Origin: Candidatus Nomurabacteria bacterium
GTDB lineage: Bacteria > Patescibacteriota > Minisyncoccia > Phycocordibacterales > UBA9973
Direction: 5' to 3'
DNA length: 46,792 bases
Assembly (NCBI GenBank): GCA_016199805.1
Contig: JACQGC010000005.1
Coordinates: forward strand, 72,019-118,810
In this document: piece by piece, positions 9,363 to 16,648 of the stretch
Layout of the letters: each line of letters starts with the position of its first letter
Numbering within the stretch: position 1 is the stretch's first letter
Notes under the pieces: model-generated
Told to the model about the DNA's origin: nothing
Databases searched by the model: none
What the model saw: the letters and a program-made list of their open reading frames with translations, nothing else
Program-made: the position numbers and the translations under genes

Positions 9363-10541
9363 ATGCCTCCGAAAGAAAAACTCAACATCGCCATGGTTTG
9401 CGACCCTATCGGCTCCAATAAGTCCGGAGTGGTGGTTTCAACCGTGCGTTTTGCGAAACTATTGCGGGCGCGCGGACACCACATTATTTTTATCGGCGCG
9501 AAATTATCGGAACAAGATGACAGCGACCACGACAGTATCAAGGCATACAGATATAGAAGTATTCCCATTCCCAAAGGCGACGGCTGGTGTCTGTCCTTCC
9601 CCACCGTCCGAGAATTGAAAAAAGTTTTTATGGATGAAAAAATAGACGTGGTGCATATTATTCTGCCGATGTCCGGCGCCGTTGTGGCGATCAAAGCAGC
9701 TCAAGCATTAAAAATTCCAATCGTGGCTCACTCTCATTCTCAGCCGGAAAACATATTTTTGGAAGCTCCGAAATGGCTTCAGCCGACACTGGGCAGATTG
9801 TGGAACAGATATTTAGTTTGGGTTTACAGTAAAGCCCAAACTTTGATTTATCCTTCGGAGATGGCCAAGAGCTTGCTTCACAACTTGGGTAAAAAAAACC
9901 AATCCTCTATGGTCATCAGCAACGGCATAAACCTATCCCACTTCGTGACCTTGCCCGTAGGTGATTTTTATAAACGTTTCAATATTCCGGAAAAAGCAAT
10001 CAAGTTATTATTCGTCGGTCGCTTGCACTTGGAAAAGTCTGTCGACACATTAATCAAGGCCATGCCATACATTATCAAAACATCCAAAAACATTCACTTG
10101 ATGATTGTGGGTCCGGGATACTTACGACCAAAACTGGAAAAGCTGACGCAAAGTCTCGGCATGCAACCATATATCACCTTTCTGGGACAAGTCAGCGAAG
10201 AAGATAAAATTATCGCCTACAATGCGAGCGACATATTTGTTTTGCCGTCGATTGCCGAACTGGAAGGCATGGTGGTCTTGGAGGCCATGGCCTGTAGTAA
10301 GCCAATTGTAATCTCGGATGCCAAGATGAGTGCCTCACGGTATTTCGTGGATGGCAACGGGTTTTTATTTAAAACACGCGATCATCAACACTTAGCCGAG
10401 CAGGTATTGAAAATAATTGCCGACCCGGTTTTAAGAAAAAAAATGGGCGAAAAAAGTTTTCAAAACGCCCAAAAATACGACATACACAAAAGTGTGGAAT
10501 TACTGGAAGAGGTTTATTATAAAGCGATCACCACCCCTTAG
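9363..10541 (+). CDS. Glycosyltransferase family 4 (GT-B), resembling diacylglycerol glucosyltransferases
   Basis: SGVVVS, LFVGRL..EKS, ELEGMVVLEAMA (E-x7-E motif). Confidence 0.88.
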   Translation: MPPKEKLNIAMVCDPIGSNKSGVVVSTVRFAKLLRARGHHIIFIGAKLSEQDDSDHDSIKAYRYRSIPIPKGDGWCLSFPTVRELKKVFMDEKIDVVHIILPMSGAVVAIKAAQALKIPIVAHSHSQPENIFLEAPKWLQPTLGRLWNRYLVWVYSKAQTLIYPSEMAKSLLHNLGKKNQSSMVISNGINLSHFVTLPVGDFYKRFNIPEKAIKLLFVGRLHLEKSVDTLIKAMPYIIKTSKNIHLMIVGPGYLRPKLEKLTQSLGMQPYITFLGQVSEEDKIIAYNASDIFVLPSIAELEGMVVLEAMACSKPIVISDAKMSASRYFVDGNGFLFKTRDHQHLAEQVLKIIADPVLRKKMGEKSFQNAQKYDIHKSVELLEEVYYKAITTP

Positions 10542-10564
10542 TCCCCTCCTCCGAAAGGAGGGGA
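10529..10564. repeat. REP-like palindrome overlapping the GT4 stop codon
   Basis: caccaccccttagTCCCCTCCTccgaaAGGAGGGGA. Confidence 0.7.
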
Positions 10565-10575
10565 AATATTTATAT

Positions 10576-11394
10576 ATGCAAGAACATATTTTTGAAGACA
10601 GGATATATTACCGGACGAACGAATTTAAACCGGAACGGCTGACTTTGGTTTTCGCGCATGGCGCCGGAGGTTCTTCTTCGGCCTGGCTCCCTTATGAGAA
10701 AATATTTGAGAATAAATACAACATCTTGAGTTATGACATCCGTGGACACGGCAAATCAAAAAAATATCTCAATTACGAGGATTACGAAATTAAAAAATTC
10801 GCTTTTGACCTGCACGACCTGGTGAATTATCTGAAAATCCATAAATTTATTTTAATCAGTAATTCTTTTGCCGGATTGGTGGCTTTTGAATACATAAAAA
10901 TGTGGCGAAGCGATGTCATCGGGAATGTCTTCACTTCCCCCGAGGTATTTCTACACGAGGGACTCTTCGCGAAAATCGTACGCCCCATGGTATCGTTGTT
11001 ATCTAGGCTTTTCACTATTTTGCCGTTTGACCCAAAACCCCGCGGACAAGTGGATTACAGCAAGCACATTGGTTCGAGCGACTGGGACATAAAAAGAAAC
11101 TTGGCCGACATCAGAAACACGACACCCCGCGTGCAATTTTATGCCATACAACAATCGCTCAATCCAAAACAAGAATATTGCTTGGAAAAAATAGACGTGC
11201 CGACTTTGGTCATCCACGGAGAACTCGACTCCATGGTTCCAATGAAAAATTCTATCCGATTGTCCAAGGAAATAAAAAATTCAGAATTTGTATGCGTTAA
11301 AAATGTGGACCACAATACCGTGCATAATGGAGTGAAATTTATGTCCGCGGCCATAGAGTCTTTTATAGAAAAAAATAAAAATGTGCTAAAATAG
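10576..11394 (+). CDS. Alpha/beta hydrolase
   Basis: FAHGAGG, YDIRGHGKS, nucleophile elbow SNSFAG, IHGELD, C-terminal His; ATG 10576 preferred over the ORF-track start. Confidence 0.85.
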   Translation: MQEHIFEDRIYYRTNEFKPERLTLVFAHGAGGSSSAWLPYEKIFENKYNILSYDIRGHGKSKKYLNYEDYEIKKFAFDLHDLVNYLKIHKFILISNSFAGLVAFEYIKMWRSDVIGNVFTSPEVFLHEGLFAKIVRPMVSLLSRLFTILPFDPKPRGQVDYSKHIGSSDWDIKRNLADIRNTTPRVQFYAIQQSLNPKQEYCLEKIDVPTLVIHGELDSMVPMKNSIRLSKEIKNSEFVCVKNVDHNTVHNGVKFMSAAIESFIEKNKNVLK

Positions 11395-11399
11395 CATAC

Positions 11400-12059
11400 A
11401 TGCAACAGTATAAAGATTACTTCGCTGACAGGGATTTTCTTATTTCTTTTTTCAGCAGTTTGGTGCTACTTGCGGTGAGTCTAGTAACCCAATTTTTCAT
11501 CAATGGCTACGTCACCCGCGCCACCAGTGGATCCGTTACCGATATTATTTTGTCCAACACCCGGGTCTACGATGTGGGTGGTGTCTTCGTCTGGGGAGCG
11601 GTGATTTTGACTATCATTGGCGTTTTTATTGGTATCAGACATGTTAATTATGTGCCGTTTACTTTCAAGAGTATGGCGGTTTTTATTCTGATACGGTCTG
11701 TTTTTATCAGTCTCACCCATATCGGCCCATTCCCCACCCATGCGGTCATAACTTCGGTGTTTTTCAACAGAGAAGCTTTTAACGGTATTTTTACCGGCAA
11801 TGATTTGTTCTTCTCGGGGCACACCGGTCTGCCGTTTCTCCTCGCTCTCATATTCTGGGAAAACAAAAGTATGAGATATTTTTTCTTGAGCTTCTCCGCC
11901 CTCTTCGCCGTGGTTGTGCTTTTGGGACATTTGCATTATTCTATAGATGTCTTATCCGCGTTTTTCATCACTTACAGCATTTTCAACATTTGCAAATATT
12001 GGTTTAAAAAAGATTGGATATTATTAAGAATTAATTTTGATAAAAATGAAACACTGTAA
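11400..12059 (+). CDS. PAP2-related integral membrane protein, sphingomyelin-synthase-like C-terminal motifs
   Basis: NDLFFSGHT and HYSIDV motifs; about 6 TM segments. Confidence 0.8.
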   Translation: MQQYKDYFADRDFLISFFSSLVLLAVSLVTQFFINGYVTRATSGSVTDIILSNTRVYDVGGVFVWGAVILTIIGVFIGIRHVNYVPFTFKSMAVFILIRSVFISLTHIGPFPTHAVITSVFFNREAFNGIFTGNDLFFSGHTGLPFLLALIFWENKSMRYFFLSFSALFAVVVLLGHLHYSIDVLSAFFITYSIFNICKYWFKKDWILLRINFDKNETL

Positions 12060-13233
12060 AGATTGCGAGCCGGCGCAAGAAAGTCACCTTGTGGCCTACA
12101 CCTCGGTGGTTTTGGGTTGGATAGATGAGCCGATATTCGACTTCATGGAAAGAATATTCAAAAACACGGCTGAAAATATTTCCGATAAAACCACTCTTCC
12201 ATTTTTCAATCTGATGGTCTCTTTAGGTTTGGGAAAATTTTCTCTGGAACCCGGCGCCAAAGACACTTGGCGCACAAAATGTTTCTGGGACGAAGCGACG
12301 CGACGAAACATAAAAATGAAAGAATTTCACCTGGGTCCGATTCAAGACGGCTTTGTGGCCAAACATCAAAAAGAAACAATAATTTTCGATGGATTGCCTA
12401 GGCCAGATGCCAAAGACTCTCCCGCGCTCAAGTGGATGGACGATAAAGGCATAATGAAAATAAAGTTTTTAAAAGAAGGTTTGCCGGTAGCAGATGGTGG
12501 CGTAGCCTGGACGACAGCTGGCGCGCTCAAGATTTTTAACCGTCTGCAAAAACCGGTAATAACCAAACCAAACCTGGGTTCCCGTAGCCGACATACGACC
12601 ATACATATAAACACCCCGGAGGAGCTGATTGTCGGATTTAAAAAGGCCAGAAAACTTTCTCCGCTGATTGTCATAGAAGAAGAATTGACCGGGGCTCTTT
12701 TCCGGGGAACATTGGTGGGCGAAAAGTTGGTGGGTGTAGTCAGACGAGACCAGCCGGCTGTTGTCGGGGACGGCAAACATACTCTGCAAGAATTACTGGA
12801 TGAGGAAAACAAACGCGCAGAACGAGGTGGACCTATTTTTCATAAAATACTTATAGACAAAGAAGCAAATGCGGAATTGGACAGGCAAAATGTAAAATTG
12901 AGCGATGTTATAGAAAAAGATAAAGTTGTAACTTTCTCTCAAAAAACCAGTCGAGGTTGCGGTGGCACCACTACCGAAGTCACCGATATTACCCACCCAG
13001 AAAATATGGCAATGCTGGAGCATGTGGCCAAGTTTTTAGACGACTCGCTTATAGGCGTGGATTTTATAATGCAGGACATTACTAAATCCTGGAAAGACCA
13101 GCCCCATTCGGGAATAATAGAATGCAACAGCTTGCCGTTTATAGACCTGCACCACTACCCTCTTTTTGGAAAACCAAACAACGTCGCCGGACACTTGTGG
13201 AATCTGGTAATGCCGGAAAGTAAAATAGATTAA
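12046..13233 (+). CDS. ATP-grasp ligase related to the N-terminal domain of cyanophycin synthetase/GshAB
   Basis: DDK, PVITKP..GS, VVGDGKHTLQEL, GVDFI, IIECNSLP. Confidence 0.8.
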   Translation: MKHCKDCEPAQESHLVAYTSVVLGWIDEPIFDFMERIFKNTAENISDKTTLPFFNLMVSLGLGKFSLEPGAKDTWRTKCFWDEATRRNIKMKEFHLGPIQDGFVAKHQKETIIFDGLPRPDAKDSPALKWMDDKGIMKIKFLKEGLPVADGGVAWTTAGALKIFNRLQKPVITKPNLGSRSRHTTIHINTPEELIVGFKKARKLSPLIVIEEELTGALFRGTLVGEKLVGVVRRDQPAVVGDGKHTLQELLDEENKRAERGGPIFHKILIDKEANAELDRQNVKLSDVIEKDKVVTFSQKTSRGCGGTTTEVTDITHPENMAMLEHVAKFLDDSLIGVDFIMQDITKSWKDQPHSGIIECNSLPFIDLHHYPLFGKPNNVAGHLWNLVMPESKID

Positions 13234-13234
13234 A

Positions 13235-13741
13235 TTATTTTTCACTCAAAACAGTTTCAATGGAAACTTCCGATTTCGGGTCGAAAGAATTCGGGTCCAT
13301 TTTTAGATTAGAAATATATTTTTCTTGGCTGACAAATTCTCCCAGAAATTTCAGGAAATCTTCTTTGGCTTCCCTCTCTCCTTTTTCTTCCATGTGTTCT
13401 AGTGGGTGCGCCTCGGGAGTAAATTCAAAATGTCCGCAGATTTCTCCGTCTTTATATACGCGCAAGTGGTATTGGTCTTGAAAATCTGTAAGCTTCCTCC
13501 AGGAGAGAACCTGGTCTTCATCCACCCAAGCTATAAAATGGTTACCAAAACCCCAATTGGTGTGCAGATGGTCTTTCAATTCTTCCAAGGTGCGCCCCGC
13601 CGACAGCCATCCGACGTGATATTTCTGCCTGCCTTTTTTGTGCCAGATAAGGTGGTGTTTCAAAAGGAACTGCCTGGCCGGCAGAAAAAAACCGTAAACA
13701 AAATCCCACATTTTTTGCTTGGCTTTGTCTTCGGGGGTCAT
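13235..13741 (-). CDS. Hypothetical protein
   Basis: 168-aa ORF preceded by the leaderless promoter pattern TGC-TATATT-N6-ATG; QYHLRVY..GHFEFTPEAHPLEH. Confidence 0.7.
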   Translation of the reverse strand: MTPEDKAKQKMWDFVYGFFLPARQFLLKHHLIWHKKGRQKYHVGWLSAGRTLEELKDHLHTNWGFGNHFIAWVDEDQVLSWRKLTDFQDQYHLRVYKDGEICGHFEFTPEAHPLEHMEEKGEREAKEDFLKFLGEFVSQEKYISNLKMDPNSFDPKSEVSIETVLSEK

Positions 13742-13777
13742 GTGTTTAATATAGCATAAATATTTAAATTAATAAGG

Positions 13778-13865
13778 CGGAAGGTATGGGAGTCGAACCC
13801 ATAGAGGAGTTTTAAAGTCCTCACGGTTTAGCAAACCGCTGCCTTACCATTCAGCGCAACCTTCC
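13778..13865 (-). tRNA. tRNA-Ser(GCT)
   Basis: GGAAGGT/ACCTTCC acceptor, G73, GCGGT-TTGCTAA-ACCGT anticodon arm, long variable arm, GGTTCGACTCC; CCA not encoded. Confidence 0.95.
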
Positions 13866-14874
13866 ATTTTCGTATCTTTTGCAGATGTTTCTCATTGTGA
13901 CTTCCTATCTCCTTTATATACTTATTCACAAAACGTGTATCATCTATCCGCACATCTTTTTGATTCTTGCTTATTCTTACATTAAATCCGGAATTTATCA
14001 AAGTTTTTGCAAATGACGACAAAAGAGGTCTTGAGGCGCTCGTAAAAGCTATTTTTAGATACGAATACTTTTTTCCTCTTACAATATATGAATGAGTGAA
14101 AAAACATCCATTTGTATCTATTAATCCCCTTATGCATTCGCGACTAAATACTTTATTTGTCTTAATCCATTCTGGCATATCAACTTGATGCATAACCTTA
14201 TTACCCATTTCAAAACCAAATTTTTGACAAAAATCAACAAGTAATTTTCTGTTAACAATAATACTTACGGCATTAGCTGATTTATGTTTAAAAATTTTTG
14301 GAGAAACTCCAAATAACTTTTGGATAACACTACTCACATATTTGATATAATTTTTTTCTTCTGAAGAAAGAGCGATACCAACATGGTAGGCAGAGATATT
14401 TCCATCACCAAGCAAAATACCAATAAATTCAGCGAGCAATTTACTTTTTCTTGGAATTTTTATTTTTGCCAAAGTCAGAAAACCCTTGGCCGGTTTTTTA
14501 TATTGCCCTATTTCCTCCCACCATTCTTCCCATTTTTCTTTCCTATATTTTTCATTTCCACCCACACTTCCATATTTAAGAAATTTGTTTTTCCCGCCTA
14601 TTTTTCCGGCTTTTTGAAAATGCGTTCTCCAATCAATGACAGTGTGATTTTTAGGAATTGGTACATTTATCAATTTTGAAATTGTTTGCGCCGAAACTTG
14701 AGAAATTGTAATTTTCTCCCGAGTCCAATCAGTTAGGGTTCTTTGGCTAATATTCAACTTTTTTGCCAATTTAACCCCAGTTAATCCCAATATCTTTTGG
14801 GCTTTTAAAATAAAAGCTCTCTGCGTTCCCTTATTGCGAAATTTTATTCTATATTTTACATACGACTCTGACAT
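13828..14874 (-). CDS. HTH plus two-motif LAGLIDADG endonuclease-like protein overlapping the tRNA-Ser 5' half
   Basis: N-terminal HTH (GVKLAKKLNISQRTLTDW), LAEFIGILLGDG, CIRGLIDTNG. Confidence 0.85.
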   Translation of the reverse strand: MSESYVKYRIKFRNKGTQRAFILKAQKILGLTGVKLAKKLNISQRTLTDWTREKITISQVSAQTISKLINVPIPKNHTVIDWRTHFQKAGKIGGKNKFLKYGSVGGNEKYRKEKWEEWWEEIGQYKKPAKGFLTLAKIKIPRKSKLLAEFIGILLGDGNISAYHVGIALSSEEKNYIKYVSSVIQKLFGVSPKIFKHKSANAVSIIVNRKLLVDFCQKFGFEMGNKVMHQVDMPEWIKTNKVFSRECIRGLIDTNGCFFTHSYIVRGKKYSYLKIAFTSASRPLLSSFAKTLINSGFNVRISKNQKDVRIDDTRFVNKYIKEIGSHNEKHLQKIRKWKVALNGKAAVC

Positions 14875-14922
14875 ACTTCTATCATACCATAAATTAAAAA
14901 AATATTGTATAGTGGTTACGTT

Positions 14923-15009
14923 GGACAGATGACCGAGTGGCTTAAGGTAGCGGTTTACTACACCGCCGTCCCCTTAAAAGGACCGTGGGTTCGAATCCCA
15001 CTCTGTCCG
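14923..15009 (+). tRNA. tRNA-Ser with ACT anticodon
   Basis: GGACAGA/TCTGTCC acceptor, G73, GCGGT-TTACTAC-ACCGC anticodon arm, long variable arm GTCC..GGAC, GTGGG-TTCGAAT-CCCAC. Confidence 0.9.
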
Positions 15010-15174
15010 CTAGTATAAAAATGAGTCCAACTTTTGTTGGACCATTTTTATTTAGAGGAAAGAAAAAAGAGAACTGCTTCTCTTTTGTGAGGGATGAGAA
15101 AGATTTTTCGTTGTTTGATTTTAATCAAATCGAAAAATACCCGCCGCAGTATCGGCGAATCCCACTCTGTCCGC
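14992..15174 (+). repeat. 19-bp direct repeat of the tRNA 3' end (14992-15010 and 15156-15174) flanking a 145-bp multi-hairpin spacer
   Basis: cgaatcccactctgtccgc occurs twice. Confidence 0.9.
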
Positions 15175-15271
15175 AAAAAAAATTTATCTCCATAAACGAA
15201 TTCAGGCCACGGGCGTCTTTTGGACGGCCGTGGCCTGTTTGATGCTCGCGCTGCCAACAGCGCGAGCGATA

Positions 15272-15844
15272 CTACTTTTTTGATTTGGGATTGAAGTACG
15301 CCTCTAGAACTGGCATAACTTCTTTCCACACTTCTTCCCAGCTCCACAGCTGGGGCATCTCTTGTGCAGAGACACACGGGCGGTTGACGATAATCTTGTA
15401 CCCATGCACCTCAACACTCTCCACCCCCACTGTGTGCGAGAGTCTCACATGTAGGTTACCTTTGATGTCCGAGACGTGGTATTTTACATCTATGACAAGA
15501 AAGTCTGGGCAGCCCGCGACCGGACGAAATGTCCGAGTTCCGTCATCCACTTTGGACTGTACGGAAACCACGTACTGCTGAGCTCCGAACGAGCCCGTGC
15601 GCGGTCTGAACTCACTGATGCTTGTACCGACGGACGATGATACAAGCGGAAATGGCTGGACGACTTCGAGGTGTTTTTGGGATTGTTGGTGTTTAAAAAC
15701 ATTTACTCCGAATCGAAGCAAAACCAACACGAGCATCAGAGCCATTGACGCTGAAGCTCCTGCCCAAAGCAGTTCCTTGTTGGTGAAAGGAACCAACCCT
15801 CTTAGCCATCTCCATAAATCCGCCTTCCTTATCTTCAGCGGCAT
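15272..15844 (-). CDS. Hypothetical protein with N-terminal TM segment (GC-rich orphan)
   Basis: AGGAGG SD before ATG 15844 (MPLKIRK); two strong hairpins downstream (about 15204-15268). Confidence 0.65.
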   Translation of the reverse strand: MPLKIRKADLWRWLRGLVPFTNKELLWAGASASMALMLVLVLLRFGVNVFKHQQSQKHLEVVQPFPLVSSSVGTSISEFRPRTGSFGAQQYVVSVQSKVDDGTRTFRPVAGCPDFLVIDVKYHVSDIKGNLHVRLSHTVGVESVEVHGYKIIVNRPCVSAQEMPQLWSWEEVWKEVMPVLEAYFNPKSKK

Positions 15845-15907
15845 TAATATTTTCCTCCTGTTTATGGGAATGCCGCAGAGATGTCTCCGCGGCATTGTGA
15901 GGGTGCG

Positions 15908-15997
15908 CTACATCCCCCGAATGTACGCGATGTACTGCCCGCCCAGGAACACCAGGGCGAAAGACACCGCGCAAAGCGCGATTATCCGTTTGCGCAT
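15908..15997 (-). CDS. Small hydrophobic peptide MRKRIIALCAVSFALVFLGGQYIAYIRGM (29 aa)
   Basis: Manual translation; GGGAG SD, upstream TGT-TATATT, downstream hairpin AATGCCGCGGAGA/TCTCTGCGGCATT. Confidence 0.5.
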   Translation of the reverse strand: MRKRIIALCAVSFALVFLGGQYIAYIRGM

Positions 15998-16074
15998 TTG
16001 TGTGCTCTCCCACTACTAATATAACACATTGTGAGCAATATGTAAAATGTAATTACGTTTTAGTGCCGAGGCTT

Positions 16075-16320
16075 TTATCCCCTTTTCTTCTTTGTGGTAG
16101 GTTTTTTAGGCGCCTTTTTGGAAACAGTTTTCCACTCTTTTTTTAATTTTTTGGCGTCGCTTTTCACTTCCTTTTTTATTTTAAATATCAAAGCAGCCGC
16201 TTTTTTTTGATTCTTTTTACCATCCGGCCCTAAAAGATAATACGCTCCGGCACCCAAAGCCGCCATCCCCGCTTCTACCATCAATACTTTGCTACCAGAT
16301 ATTTTACTTTTTTTCTTCAT
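16075..16320 (-). CDS. Small Lys-rich protein, YtxH-like
   Basis: AALGAGAYYLLGPDGKKN followed by a basic coiled coil. Confidence 0.65.
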   Translation of the reverse strand: MKKKSKISGSKVLMVEAGMAALGAGAYYLLGPDGKKNQKKAAALIFKIKKEVKSDAKKLKKEWKTVSKKAPKKPTTKKKRG

Positions 16321-16332
16321 TTGATTTGTATT

Positions 16333-16370
16333 TTACTTTATTAACTTTCGACTTTATAAACTTTATAACT
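16333..16370. repeat. AAAGTTAT-type tandem array (ACTTTATA on + strand)
   Basis: actttattaactttcgactttataaactttataact. Confidence 0.75.
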
Positions 16371-16620
16371 AATCTCTACGACTCTTTCTCTTTTTTCCAA
16401 AGAGAAAATTAAATATTACGCTGTCCCTCATGTCTTCAAATAGATCCCTTGTCGTGTCGCTGATGTTGTTCATGTCTTTTTCTATCTTGTCCATAATTCG
16501 GCTAAAAGCGCTCATTGCCCGGATGAGATAAAACAAAAAAATGGCGGCTAAAATCCACAAAAAAACAAACCCGACAGACGAGATAAAGAAAAAAACTTGT
16601 GATTGTGATGTTGTGTCCAT
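16369..16620 (-). CDS. Small single-TM protein
   Basis: Start MDTTSQS at 16620 with TGC-TACAAT-N6-ATG; TM helix then coiled coil. Confidence 0.7.
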   Translation of the reverse strand: MDTTSQSQVFFFISSVGFVFLWILAAIFLFYLIRAMSAFSRIMDKIEKDMNNISDTTRDLFEDMRDSVIFNFLFGKKRKSRRD

Positions 16621-16648
16621 GAGATAATTGTAGCATAATAATTTACAA

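Noticed and set aside
12046-13233. Bona fide cyanophycin synthetase CphA
   Set aside because: Only the ATP-grasp portion is present; no Mur-ligase domain and no cyanophycinase adjacent
13778-14874. Group I intron or split tRNA hosting the LAGLIDADG ORF
   Set aside because: Both tRNA-Ser genes are complete and uninterrupted; the ORF is free-standing and overlaps only the tRNA 5' half
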